Source: the human T2T-CHM13v2.0 reference genome, Homo sapiens
Length of the DNA stretch: 64,000 nt
Strand: one strand, 5' to 3'
Assembly: GCF_009914755.1 (NCBI RefSeq)
Contig: NC_060925.1
The notes under the pieces were generated by a model, which saw only the letters and a program-made list of their open reading frames with translations, did no database searches and had not been told where the DNA came from. Position numbers and translations under genes: made by a program. This document shows positions 37,878-52,319 of this stretch, piece after piece (position 1 is the stretch's first letter; each line of letters opens with the position of its first letter).

Positions 37878-39979
37878 TGATTGTGCACCTTTAGACAACT
37901 TATCAGTTTCCTCATTTTTATACAGCAATAAAATAGTAACAGCTACCCATTAAATTCTGTACAGAAGCTAGGGACAGACGCAATAACACTTGCATATCTA
38001 TAAAGGCTTTGTAAATGTGGGTATTATATCTAATGTTTATGCACATGCTGTTTGATTATTTTCATTTGGAATTCCACTCCATTAAAGGAAAAGTAACATA
38101 CGAATTCAGATTCTTGTAAGTCTTCAGGCATGAGGCCTCCATTGACTAAGTACATTGCCTACATAATTTCTCCTAACCCAAATGAATCTCCAGTTAAACC
38201 AAGCTGGTGGTTATGTACTGTCTCCAGAGGATGCCAAGCATAAAGTCCTTGAGTATATTCATCTTGGATCCTCTGATTGGACAACTGCGGTATTGAGACT
38301 TCAAGTTCCCCCTTGAAGGCCCCAGACGGTACCTGTAATTTTACTCAAGTTTTAAATGTATGCTCTTTGTTAAGAAAGAGTGACAATGATTTGATTTATT
38401 TTCCGTGACTGGGGTTAGGGATGGGGGAGACTCTAGGAATGTGACTTACCAGTGAGGTTCTAGTTTTATAAATCATAGGACAAGTTTTGATAGGCAAATG
38501 TTGGACTATAGGGCTGAGGTTGTTTTCCACCACAACATATAGACTTCTACTAGCCCTTGAAGGAAAAAACACGAGAAAATCAGTTGGGTCAGCTGAGTAT
38601 TCCTTTACGAGTATGGAACAGACTTACATAACAATTCTGCAGGTAATGGCTCTGGAAAGGTCAACCACTTAGTTTTGGACAACTCTTTTCTATTCTGTAT
38701 AACCACTTTTTCACCAAAATGATACTAAATAAATATGCTATAGGAAGCTATATTTTGACATGACTGTTTTAGGCAAAGATACACTCACCAACTTACTCCA
38801 CAAGAGTTTCTAATCAGAGAATATCATATGGATCTATTTGAATTGCTCCCATGCTTGGCTGAGCCCAAAATAATTTACTGTGCGTATGTACACCAAGTGA
38901 GAAGGTTGAGGAGGTGTCACTTGTACATCTCTTTATTCTTTTTTTTTTTGTATGTGTGTGTTATTTTCATGTGTTTTGAAAGGCTCTCTTGCTTAGCTTT
39001 TATTTTGCCATTAAAGATTTTTTTCTGTGCTATAACTGTATTTTTAAGTCTGGTTTGAGTTCAAGAAATCCACAAATTCACAAAAGATTAAGAATAATTT
39101 GTGAACAAAATGATGCAGAAATAAAAAATGCATTTTCCAAATAACTCCCTTGCAGTCCTTCTCGCCCAACTACCACTTTCTATTAAGTTTCTTCTTCCTA
39201 CTCTATGAAGTGCCATGAGCTTTCAATTCATTGTATTTTAAGTATAAGCTATACTTACTAACCTTCACCTTATTCTTTGCTACTTAAATAAGCTTGCTTT
39301 CATAGTTCAATTGACGTATTGTTTAACTGATATTTTTAATTGGTATATTTTGATATATATTGATAATTGATAGCTATATAATTCATTTGAGATATTTTGG
39401 GTATGGAGGGTTGGAAGGAATCCTTTCATAATTTTTCTACTTAAAAGAAATCTTTTTTCATTTAACAGCTTTTCCCATGGGGATAGAGTTTTCATGAATA
39501 AATCAAAGTCATTAAATGAGGTATATGGTACATCTTTTAAGAGTCACAGAAAGAAGCAACAACAATTTACCCAGGCAGAGGGTATAAGTTTAGACCTTGG
39601 TTGCCTGATTTGTGGGACAAGTTCTTTAATTTTTTTTCTTTATATTTTGACTTTTTTTTGGACTCTCTCCTCCCCTTCCAGGCTCCAGGTCAAATACTTG
39701 ACACCTGAATGATGTTCAATTATTTAAAAGATGGATTGGCCAGCTCAGCTCCTGTCTCAGACAGACTGTCTTTAAATGTATTTTCAACATGTCTTCAGAC
39801 AGTTATTTTTCCTCTGTTCAATTTTGTTCATCTTCTTACTTAACCGTTCAAGTGCTACTATTTCCTTTTTAAATGTAGTATTGAGAAGTGCAAACATTAT
39901 TGGAAAAGAGAGTCTCACTAGCATAATTGTGCATTATCTTCCTCTTATATCGCCGGCCTCCCTGCACCCCCATGCCCAC

Positions 39980-40708
39980 CTCCTCCTCGCGCCTCCATGC
40001 CGCCTCCCACCGCTCCAGCTCCTTGCAGCTGCGAGTCCAGTCACTGGTCACCTTTCGTATCTCCTCACTCAGAGCCTGGTTGGCCAAACCTGCCTGGTCC
40101 AGCTGTTCTCAGAGCATGGCATTCACCTGGGCCAGGCTGGCACTCCTGAATGGGGCACAGGGGATCAGTAGGCGCTCGCCCAGGGGGCCATGCTGCGAGC
40201 CCTGGCCCTCCCTGCTGCTCCTCCTCCAGCCAGATGAGGGCACTCTCCAGGTCTTGGCTGTGCTCTGCGTCCTGGGTGGCAGAGAGGTTAAAGCATCAGG
40301 CTGGGCAGGTGGAGGGCAGGGCCTGCCTCTGCCCCACCCTGGCACCCACCCTCAGCTGCTGCTGCTCCAGCTCTCCGGATCTCTCCAACAGCTGCTCCAG
40401 CTCCGAGAACCTCTTCTTGTACTGGAGAATCTGGGGATTGGGAGCTGATGGTGAGCCCCAGGGGTGGGGGCAGGGCAAAGTGAACACGTGGGAGGGAAAG
40501 AGCAGGAATGGGTGGCCCTGACCTTGCCCTGTAGCCGCTGCACAAGCTGGGCCTGCCGCTGCTGGCCCTCCAGGTAGGCCTGCAGCTTGCGCCACTAGGA
40601 GGCCTGCTCCTCCTGCAGCTGCCTCCGCAACTCCACGCTCTGGGGTACCAGCCCCCTGGGCTCTTGCGTCTCCAGCTCACCAGATTCCAGCCACAGAGCC
40701 TGCTCCAG
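39980..40708 (-). pseudogene. CROCCP2: Four 5' CROCC-like exons (40708-40523, 40430-40350, 40271-~40211, 40145-39980)
   Basis: LEQALWLESGELETQEPRG...QAS*WRKLQAY (TAG 40595-40597); ILQYKKRFSELEQ; DAEHSQDLESAL (donor lost); SASLAQVNAML*EQLDQ (TGA 40109-40111). Confidence 0.87.
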
Positions 40709-41297
40709 CTGCAGGGAAGGGCCCTGGGTGAGAGTCCTGGGCCTCCTGGGAAGGCAGGCTCAGGCCTCTGTAGGGGGTGGCAGGCTGGGCCCAGACCCAC
40801 AATGCCTTGTAGGCTGATAGCCTGGCGCCCTGGGGAGCAGCACATGTGGGCAAGCCCAGGGGCAGTGCACGTGTGCATGGGGTGATGCAGCCATGCACGG
40901 GCACGCAGATGGGGCATGCATGGACACATGCAGGTGAGCCCACAAACCCAAACCATGCAGGCAAAGCTCAAAGGTGCACCTGGGTTCTACCGCAGGGGTC
41001 TCAGTACACCATGTGCCTCTCCTCCAGAACACTTAGCCCTGTCGTGGTTTCTGTTTATTACATTGATGCCTGTGTCTTCCCACCATGCCCCCACCCCAGT
41101 GTGAGCTCAGAAAGCCTGGATTTTTTGTTCCTCATTGTATCTTAGTGCTATAATGGTGGCTGTGGAATGGCATGGCTCACGCTCAGTAAATATTTCTTGT
41201 GATGGTGAATTAATGGCATGAGCTCATGGGAATACATTCAAACAGAGGTGTCAATCCGCCTATGCATATCTGAGCTTAAAAATATGCACACACATAA

Positions 41298-41492
<195 letters not shown>

Positions 41493-41599
41493 TGAAGTCA
41501 GGGGTTCGAGACCAGCCTGGCCAACGTGATGAAATCCCGTCTCTACTAAAAATCGAAAAATTAGCCGGGTGTGGTGGCATGCACCTGTAATCCCAGTTA

Positions 41600-41717
<118 letters not shown>

Positions 41718-42585
41718 TTATGTATTCATTTATTTGTCTCATGGGCTGAGCGAGGGGACCCCGGCTGGTGGAGGGACAGCTGTGCCCTGCAGGCCGCTGC
41801 GTCCGGGCAGGCCCGGCCTCTTGTCGTGCCCCCGGCCCGCGACAACCTGGGCAGGATGGGCAGCAGGACGCGGCGGGGCATCCGCGGAGCCCGTCGAGAA
41901 CGCTCTCTTGGCTTCCGGGGCCGGGCAGCGGTGGGTGCGGCACCCACAGTGCCCACAGCGCCCCCAGCCCTGGGACGTGGCTCCAGCCCGCCCCCAGGCA
42001 GGCGGCCTCCTTCGCCGGGAGCACGTCGCCTGGGCAACATGGAGAAACTTCAACTCTTAAAAAAACAAGACAGCCACCACAACAACAAAAACAAGAACAG
42101 AAATTAGCTGGCTGTGGTGACTGGTGCCTCTGCTACTCCAGAGGCTGAGGTGGGAGGATCGATTCAACCAAGATGCCACCAGATACAGTGAGACTATCTC
42201 TCAGAGAATAAGTCAAACAAACAAAAAAAGAGGCTGTGTAAGAGGTGACTCTGGGGACAGTGGAAAAACACTAAGGTTTTCAAGTGGTGTTAAAAGCCAC
42301 TAGGCCTTGGGGACCATTGAGCAATCTACAAAGCACGGAAGACTAGATCCCTGAGCTCTGCCTGCCAAGTACCACCACAGCTAACATGGGAGACCTCCCC
42401 GACAGAGACTGAAATTTGCCTCCCGAGGAAACAAGTGACTACAGACATCTGTCCCAGGACAGTAAACAAGAAAACAAGGTCTCACAAAAACAAAAACAGC
42501 TGACCACAGCATACAATCACTGAGACCGAGCCTGCGACTATAGGTGAAAAAAAAAATGCTGTCCATTATTCATACCATGAAAGAC

Positions 42586-43186
42586 CAGGGGAAAGTGCGA
42601 ACGCAGTCCCCTACTACTGTTGTGGGAATCAGGAGAACAGAGAGACCAATGGGTGGAACAGGAGGATTTATTGACTGCACTGAGGCCCAGCAGATGAAAA
42701 TCCAAAGGCTGAGCCCCAAACAAAGACAGGGCTTAACTTTATACACACTTCTGAAAGGGGGTTGGCTAGTTTGAATGGCGCAGCGGGAATTTGATGGCAT
42801 GAAACTCAGGGGCAGGCAAGAGGGCTTATAGAAGCAGAACAAAGGCAGCTAATCAAACTGTCACAGGTCTTGCAATGCAAGTATAGCTGGTGACCTTGCA
42901 GCTGCACTGAAGGGAAATCGGGAACTTAACAAAACTTGAATAATTAGAAATGGAAAGGGGGAAAGAGAAGGTAGTAAAGGCATTTGTTGTTTTTTCATCT
43001 TATCTTTGCTAGGGGCTTACTGTGTTGAGAGAGTCTCCGGAACTCATTCCTCGGGGCTCTGACTTTTCAGATAGTGTTACCGAGGATCTGCTAGGGCTCT
43101 ATCTATGGCAGGTCTTGGAGTCAGCCAAGTACAGGAAAACGTGTCTTTTCCTTTTAACTTCTGCCTTATTACTACAAGTTGTACAG
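42586..43186 (-). pseudogene. U1 snRNA 3'-end relic split by a solo LTR
   Basis: 42586-42617 (caggggaaagtgcgaacgcagtcccctactac) is 30/32 identical to 50286-50317. The continuation tacaagttgtacag at 43173-43186 resembles cacaaattatgcag. Confidence 0.75.
42618..43168 (-). mobile_element. Solo LTR (ERV-type, family not determined)
   Basis: Starts tgttgtggg on plus (CA end on minus); minus-strand AATAAA (~42667) and TATAAAA (~42738); ~550 bp; putative TSD ctac/ttac. Confidence 0.65.
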
Positions 43187-44359
43187 CACACCATGCCTGG
43201 TTTTCATCAGCAATGTTTCCTGAGGTTACAGAAAGATTTCTAATCCTGGGAGGAAACACTCCCTTGAAGCAAAAGTGTTCTCCCCCAAAAAATGCAAGGA
43301 GCTATCTTCTTGATAGCCAGGCAGATAATTCTCAGGTTTTGCCCCACAGAATCTCTATCTAAAATAGAGCAGTGGTCATGCCTAGTGAAAAGTTTGAGGG
43401 AACTCACCCAATGTTGGGTTTCTTCAGAGCCATATATATAGATATAACCAAATATCCTAAAAGACACTGCCCTTCATCATTCCATGCTGTTAGACATTTA
43501 CAGGACCATGGATGGTGATCTCCTCCAGACAAAAATAAATGCTGGTGCAGAATAGGTAAGTGTATTATAATTTGAGTACATCAGCTTTTGGGCATTTTAA
43601 ACCATGGGTCAGACATGTTAGAGCAAGAGGCCAGGTTGATAGCAAGAGGGAGTGTTTTTCTTTTAATTTGTCAATAGCAAAGTGATGTTTGCCACTGTCA
43701 TTTCAGAGTGAGGGGACAATTTGTTGTTGTTTGGTTTTGTGGGTTTTTGTTTGTTTGTTTGTTTGTTTTTGAGACAAGGTCTCACTGTCACCCAGGCTGG
43801 AGTGCAGTGGCATGATCAGGGTTTACTCCTGCCTTGACCTCATGAATTCAAGCAAACCTCCTTACTAATCCTCCTGAGTAGCTGGGACTACAGGTACGTG
43901 ACCCCACACCCTGGGGTGTGAACTGGGATTTGATGTTTTCAGTTGGCTCTCTAATGGAATAGGTTCCCTTACTCTTGTAGAATCAGATTGTCTTCATGAT
44001 TATCATTCTTGTGTGCCTTATATTTCTACTACCCTGCTGTTTTTTTTTCTATTTTTCTTTTTTCTTTTTATTTTTTTCTTTGTGAGACAGAGTCTCGCTC
44101 TGTCTCCCAGGCTGTATTGCAGTGGCAGGATCTCAGCTCACTGCAACCTCCACTTCCTGGGTTCAAGCAATTCTTTTGCTTCAGCCTCCTGAGTAGCCAC
44201 CTGGCTAATTTTTGTATTTTTAGTGGAGACAGGGTTTCACCATGTTGGCAGGCTGGTCTCGAACTCCTGACCTCAAGTGATTCACCTGCCTCAGCCTCCC
44301 AAAGTGCTGGGATTACAGGCATGAACTACCACACCTGGATCTCAAACCATTTTAGTTAA

Positions 44360-45745
44360 GCAAAGACAGATTTGTCTGGCTTTTTAGTACAATGCTGAAT
44401 TATCCTCCAATCTATATTTTTAGGAAGGACCTGGGGAATGGCAACTTGGAGATATTTGGTGAAAATGTGAACCTTTCATGTTCTGCTTCAGTCCCTTTTT
44501 GAAAATCCTTCCAATTTACCTTTTGCAACCAGTTAGTGGCCTTCCCTTCTTCACCAGCATGTGAATTAATTGATAAAGATCAGAATATTTGGGCTCAAAG
44601 GTTTCAACAGTTAAGTCAAATTTTCTGCCAAAGCCTACAGGATTTTGGAGCCTGCTTTAGAAACAGAAGAGTGAAATATATTTAAGTTTAGATCAGGGAA
44701 GTTCTTTATAATATTCTTAATTCACGTTTTGGTGAAGTGGTATACACAACGGTAGGCTCCCCTCTTCCTGTGGGTTTGGGTTTTACCTTGAAAGGGGCTG
44801 TCAGAACAGAAGTTTCAGGGAAGGGACCAGATCCCTGGGGACTTTCCTTAGGTGATGGTGATGGAAGAAGAGGCAAGGCAGGACAGGAAGGCTCAGGTAA
44901 GAAAGACTATGCAGGTGCAGGGGCAAGAGGAGAAGGAGCAGTTGGAGGTGAAAGAGACAAAGCCTCCTCGATATTTCTCAAATCAGAAAACATGACAGTC
45001 TACCTCCTTCAGCTTACTTCCTCAATGGAGGCAATTTTCTCAGTTCTTTTAGAAATTTTAGAAATTTAGACATTTCTAGGTCTCATTGGAATTAAGTCTC
45101 CTATTTAATTTGTCTGGTTCGAAAACCAAATTTCTCTCTCTCTCTCTTTTTTTTTTTTTTGAGACAGGGTCACCCAGACTGGAGTGCAGTGGTGTGATCT
45201 CCGCTTACTGCACTCACCGCTTGCTGCATGACAGCCAATAAGTGGAGGGTTGAGGTGTAGGGGCAGGGAAGGTGACTTTATTCCAGAGAGCCACCAAACT
45301 GAACAGATGGTGAAGTAACATCCTGAAGAACCATCTTAAATTAATACGATTTTCAGGCTCCTTGTACGTTAGGGAAGGGAGGAAGAAGGAGGCGCTTGAG
45401 GTGAAGAGGTCTGACAATGACAGACATGGGCTGCAGTGGGAGCCCAAGGGGATGGTGAAAATTGTTCGTCCTTTGTCAGGTCACACTGCTCTTATAAATC
45501 TTCAGCATAACACTGTTACTTGTGTATACAACCTCTCTATCTTCTCAGGAGTTAGTTTGGGGAAGGGATTATTATCATCTGTGCTTTAAAGTTAAACTGT
45601 AAGCTAAATCCCTCCCATAGATAGCTTGGCCTATGTGCAGAAATAAGAAAAAGCAGTTAGCCTGGAAGATGTCACCACAGGGTAGGAAGGGTTAGGAGCA
45701 AAATGCAGTCAGTCATGCTAGGCCTCCTTTTCATTGCCATATATT
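44360..45745 (-). mobile_element. ERV1-class internal fragment plus LTR remnant (MER4/LTR8 group)
   Basis: LTR8-like ttagtttggggaagggattattatcatc...aaagttaaact...tagcttggccta; Pro-rich gag-like stretch on minus; boundaries approximate. Confidence 0.5.
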
Positions 45746-45765
45746 TAATGTATTTGAACACATAA

Positions 45766-46077
<312 letters not shown>

Positions 46078-46209
46078 TAACCAAGATTATTAAACCATTC
46101 TAATTTGTCAAAAGAGTCACACTGATTTTTAAAAAATAATGTAATGGGCCAGGTGCAGTGGCTCATGCCTGTAACCCCAGCACTTTGGGAAGCCATAGCA
46201 GGAGGATCA

Positions 46210-46478
<269 letters not shown>

Positions 46479-48627
46479 TCATGTCTTTATATAATAAATA
46501 TTACATTATTTAAATTGTTCAAAAGCATCAAAGATTCCTCTCTGCTATCAATTTCATTTCATTTATTTTATTGTACCAAACTACCAGGACCATTAATTTA
46601 ATCTACAGCTAAATCTATTATTTTTTCATGTTAGAAATTCAACAAGAAAATTTTTCCCTAATGAAACCTCACATTTCAAGCATAAGCAGCCTGGGCGAGG
46701 TGGCTCACACCTGTAATCCCAGCACTTTGGGAGGCCGAGACAGGTGCATCACTTGAGGTCAGGAGTTTGAGACTAGCCTGACAAACATGATGAAACCCTG
46801 TCTCTACTAAACATATAAAAATTAGCTGGGCGTGGTGGCATGCGTCTGTAATCCCAGCTACTCTGGAGGCTGAGGCAGGGAAATAGCTTCAACCTGGGAG
46901 GCAGAGCTTGCAGTGAGCTGAGATGGCACCACTGCACTCTACCCTGGGCTACAGAACAAGACTCTGTCTCAAAAATAAATAAATAGATAAATAAGCATAA
47001 GTAGTAAAAAAAAACCATAAATTTAAAAATAAGGCACAGGGTCTTGCTCTGTTATACAGGCTAGAGTGCAGCGGGGCAATCATAGCTGACCAACTTGGAA
47101 CTTCTGGGCTCAGGCAATCCTCCTGGCTCAGCTTGCCTTGTATTTTTTTAGAGATGAGGTCTTGCCCTGTTCCCCAGGCTGGTCTCCAACCGCTGGCCTA
47201 AAGCAATCCTTCCGCCTCAGCCTGTTGAGTTGCTGGGAGTACAGGTGCAAGACATGCAGCCTAGCATTGTAGTAAAACAATTTTCAACAAATTCTTAATT
47301 TTCTTTCCTTTTTTTTTTTTTTTTGAGTTGGGAGTCTCATTCTGTCACTCAGACTGGAGGGCAGTGGCAGAATCATAGTTCACTGCAGCCTGAGATTACA
47401 GTCATGCATTATCATGCCCGGCCAACTTTAAAAAATTAGCTAATACTTAAAAATTTGTAGAGACAGGGGTTTCACTGTGTTGCCCAGGCTGGTCTCCAAC
47501 TCTTAAAGTGCTGGGACTGTAGCTATGAGCCACCATACCTGGCTTAATTTTCTTATTTTAATTTTATATAAGTGATTATTATTGTTCCTAAGATAATTGG
47601 GGCAGTGACTCCTTTACAATTGTAGAGATCTAATTTGTCTATTCACTTCACTGAAAGAGTATGCCAATTTGTTTCATGAGAAAATATCCTATATTTATAA
47701 AGCAGGAAAATTCCTTCCACCAAACTAGGGTGCATTCTAAAGAAATGAATTGTGCTAAGTAACATCACTTAAAGTGAAAACAGAGGCAATGGTATCTATT
47801 AACAATGTTTATCAGTGAAGGAAATAAACTGAAAATATGAACACCATTAGATCCTTGGAGGGCCTTCATTGCTGAAAATCTGAGTAACACTGTGATACTC
47901 TTTTGAGTCTGGCAGGACATTCTCTTTCCAGGGCATGTAACAGTGGGTGAATAATTGCTTTTCATTCATTTCCATTAAGGGCTGAACTTCCTTAATGTTC
48001 TGGAGTTTATTAAATTTGATTTGTATAGTTGTGAAAAGTACTCATATTGCTGATTCCATTGCTTATATGTGATCATATAAATCTTCTCTCTTTTTGTAGT
48101 GTGGCTTAAACTTAATCCTTAAAGGGCATGTATTTGAATTTTTCAGCTGGTTAGAAACCTGAATATACCAATGAAATAAAACTGCTCCTTACATGCTACA
48201 GATTTACTTTTCTTCCTGTACTAAGATGTCTTTTAGATACAGTAAATTCGTTAAAGCCAAGAGCCCCTAGGAAATGAAGTTGGGTGGGAGGGGGGACATC
48301 GAGTAGTAAGATCACTCTTGTAACAGAGATGCCACTCTTGCAGATATTGACAACAATTGGGCCTATAAAATTTTTACCAAACATTGGAAAGACAAGATCT
48401 GAAAAACTTATCATTGCTGCAGTCTCAAATATCAGGAAATACCATTATTCTCAGGACAATAAATAGACAATAAAGAAGACTCACAGACCAGATTAGCTGT
48501 CATGTATCACCAAACAGGGACTGGATCCTTGTCAACACGACCCAACAGAGATTGTCCCCAGAAATTCCCTTCATAACCTCAAAACCAAAAACCCACACTG
48601 ATGGCAAAAAATAATGAAGCAAAGAAT

Positions 48628-48636
<9 letters not shown>

Positions 48637-48667
<31 letters not shown>
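48637..48667. repeat. (AG)n microsatellite
   Basis: Direct reading. Confidence 0.9.
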
Positions 48668-48672
<5 letters not shown>

Positions 48673-48759
48673 CCTATAGCCATACTCAGTGGGTAAAAGC
48701 CAAAGAGCTCAATTTCTGCTCATGATACTTAATAGAACATAGGGAACATGAGCCAATAG

Positions 48760-49068
<309 letters not shown>

Positions 49069-50261
49069 TAGTAGAGACGGAGTTTTGCCATGTTGGTCAG
49101 GCTGGTCTTGAACTCCTGACCTCAGCTGATCAAAAGTAGGTGAGGTCAGAAAACATACCCTGGGAGAGGCTGGCACAATGCCCAGAACCGCCATCGCTAG
49201 GCCTGGGGTTTTCTTCTGTAGTGGAATACTAGTATTCATGTAGTGCAGGGACAAAACCAATTAGGTAGTTCTGGGAGTTAAAAAGAGATGATTTACAGTG
49301 CTATTTGAGAAGGGGTATTAAGGAATTTGCCAGGGCACTGACGCGTGTCAGGTGTAAACCTCAGGTTGAGAGAGAGCTAAGTATTTTCTGTCCATGAAGG
49401 TGATAAGCGAGGGCCTGAAGAAAGAGGGACTGGGGAGGACACTGGCACCAGAAATAGGAAAGGGCTTCTTGGGGGTGGGAAGGATGGGTCACGGTGCTAT
49501 CTAGAAAGTTGCCTGGCAGTGGATGTAGGATGTGGGAGTGAGACATCAAACATGAAGCAGTCGCTTAAAGTCTGAAGAAACACTAGATATATGAACTGTA
49601 GGAGATAGTAGGGAAACTGGACCGGCTCCTCATAAAACTTCCCGCCTTCTATCTCCGGGAGGATCGCAGGGCATTTCCGCCAAGACAGGTGAGACTGCGG
49701 TTCTGACCTGCGGGCCTCCGTGCATATGCGCTAGGGCACCTGGGGGCCGGCAGAGCCGTTCCCCTACGCAAAGTAAGCGTGTTATGTCTACAACCCAACG
49801 GGGACACTGAGAGCCCCAAAGGCCCTGCTTTCTTCCCAGAGAACAGCGCCCATCTGTGTAGTTTCTACCTGGCTCTATGAGGTGAGAACACACTCCCCGC
49901 TAGCACAGAAATCCTACAAACTCCTGTGGGGGCTGCGCTTGGAAGCAGAGGCTGTGTAAGAGGTGACTTGGGGGGTAGGGAAAAACACGAAGATTTTCAC
50001 ACAGGGTGAGAACCCAAGAGACTGGAGACCACGGACCAATCCCTGCAAAAAGCAGCCAGGGTAGAAAGGGAAGAGCTGAGCGGACTTCACGATAGCTAAT
50101 TTGTGTTACAAAGCCGACACGGCTGATGCTCGCTTTTTCTCCTATGGCGTGCAGGCCACATGTTACTTCCTATTCCCCAACCGTCTACTGTAGGATTAAC
50201 ACCTAAGACGCCAACCAAGACACAAACCAATACAAGAAAAGATATGACCCTTGGCGTACAG

Positions 50262-50275
50262 TCTGTTTTTGAAAC
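50262..50275 (-). terminator. U1 3' box (Integrator processing signal)
   Basis: GTTTCAAAAACAGA, 10 nt after the mature 3' end. Confidence 0.88.
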
Positions 50276-50285
50276 TCCAGAAAGT

Positions 50286-50449
50286 CAGGGGAAAGCGCGA
50301 ACGCAGTCCCCCACTACCACAAATTATGCAGTCGAGTTTCCCACATTTGGGGAAATCGCAGGGGTCAGCACATCCGGAGTGCAATGGATAAGCCTCGCCC
50401 TGGGAAAACCACCTTCGTGATCATGGTATCTCCCCTGCCAGGTAAGTAT
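50286..50449 (-). ncRNA. RNU1-3: U1 spliceosomal snRNA gene, canonical 164-nt sequence
   Basis: Reverse complement reads ATACTTACCTGGCAGGGGAGATACCATGATCACGAAGG...AATTTGTGG...CGCTTTCCCCTG with no visible deviation. The paralog number is inferred from context only. Confidence 0.97.
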
Positions 50450-50491
50450 GAGAGCTTGGGCCTCTGCCCCGACACAGCCTCATACGCCTCA

Positions 50492-50513
50492 CTCTTTACA
50501 CACACGGTCACTT
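50492..50513 (-). promoter_or_regulatory. U1 proximal sequence element (PSE, SNAPc site)
   Basis: AAGTGACCGTGTGTGTAAAGAG at about -64 to -43. Confidence 0.9.
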
Positions 50514-50639
50514 GCCCCGCGCACTCCCGAGCCCTTTCCAGCCCTGACACACAGCTGGGATTCTCACTTCCGATCAGCGGTCCTGAACCCGCTCCCAGGG
50601 CACGGGAACTCCTTCGTGGTGAAGCAGCAAGTGGCGAAG

Positions 50640-50685
50640 CAGCAGCCTCTGCGCTGCCTCATCTACATAGAAGTCGCCCTGTCCG
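50640..50685 (-). promoter_or_regulatory. U1 distal sequence element (octamer-like ATGTAGAT at 50661-50668)
   Basis: About -212 to -219, the typical U1 DSE position. Confidence 0.8.
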
Positions 50686-51479
50686 TGATGTCACCGACAG
50701 TGCCTTGCCCAGTCCCCGTCTGCCTTTCTGCCACTCAACCGACCAATCTGCTGCCAGAGCCGCCAAGGGGAAGTGACGTCTGCCTCTCCCTTTTTCCCTC
50801 CCGCCCCTGCGTCTGTTCTCTCCCAAAGAAGCTGGTCCTTAGCCTGTGTTAAGGAGCAACCTTTCGGTGGCCAGATGGAGCCGGGGCATCCTTCTTCAAA
50901 TAATGGCTTTTAATTCGCAGACTAGAATGTTTCGGATTACAAAAGAAACCGTTTCTCTTCACATCCTTATCCTTGTGATGCAGCATTCCGCTTGCAATTG
51001 GAAGCCGTTTAATATCAGAGAGAAACCATATTTATGAAAGTAAAGAGGCTGCTCAGATGACTGCAAACCAGCCTTCCTTACTGGTTTTATCACTGGTAAT
51101 GTTATAAAGACAGTTGTCCAGTTTCATGAATCTTGTAGGTTTTTTTTTTTTTTGATGTTGTTTTTTTGCAAAAATCCGTATTGTAGAAAAATATGCTGTC
51201 CCAGAAGAGATGATTGGACACTCTCAAGCATGGTGCTGGACTTTGTCATCTCTTGCACAGCCATCTCCACACCTTAGTGCTTACCTCAAGTTAGTTTTTT
51301 ATATTCTGCAAAGACGAAACCAAAATAATCCAAATTTGACACAAATACCTGGGCTACATCTTATTTGAGATGTTTAACAAATGTCTGGATCATCTTTTCT
51401 TATATATTACGCAGGAAACACTGTGAAGTAAGCAAAGTTGGAATGCCCAAGTGAAAGACCATTTGAATATTTACAAGTA

Positions 51480-52030
51480 GATTTCAGACAGGAATACTAC
51501 AGGGTGGTCACAGGATAACAAATTCTAGGCAGCAGATTTACATGACTTGAGGCTGTGGGCTGTTAAGACGCTGAAAAACCAGGGTGTGGACCAAGCTGGC
51601 TAAGGCTGAGTGGACCCAACGTGGTGCTGGATTGGATGGAGGTTTTACCTAGGCCCTCATTATATGCTCATTAACATACTAAATCACACACCCGCCAGTG
51701 CCATGACAGTTCTGAGACCAGTGTTTGATGTAAAAATGGCACCACAGTTCCAAGAAATCTCCACCTTTACCCAGGAATTTTCATGAACATTCCACTCCTT
51801 GGTTAAAGAAACCCATCAAGATGAAACCCCAGAACCCATTATTCTCTCTTGGGTATGCCCAAGCTCCCCTTTCTTGAGTGTGTACTTTTTGCTTTGCAAT
51901 AAATCTGTTCTTTCACTATCTGCTGACTCATCTTTGACTTTGTTCTCGCGATGGTGTCAAGAGCCTGGACACCACGGCTGGGGTCGAGATCCCACCAGTG
52001 TCCAGGGACCTCCCCCAGCCCACCAGTATC
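51480..52030 (+). mobile_element. ERV1-type LTR remnant
   Basis: LTR-like layout: gtgtactttt...gcaataaa (~51898), then U5-like ggtgtcaagagcctggac. Confidence 0.55.
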
Positions 52031-52319
52031 AGATTCTATTCCATTGCTCAAATCACAAAACATCGAGTGGAGAGTTCTCCTTGAAGACCATAAAGTAAAG
52101 ATTCTGTGGCATGGTGACCAGTTAGGCCACTGGAAGCATGGCAAAATATTGAAAATGAGGGATTAGGTGACAGTGTAGTAACTGCTGAATACTAAATACT
52201 TGATCCAGGCCCCATTCCCTGGAGATTGACAGGGAGACACATTGTCCAGGTAGTAGTGGAGAAATGCTTTCTGGGTATCTGACCAGCCTTTGTGGAAAGA
52301 ACTGGCACCATCCTGCAGA

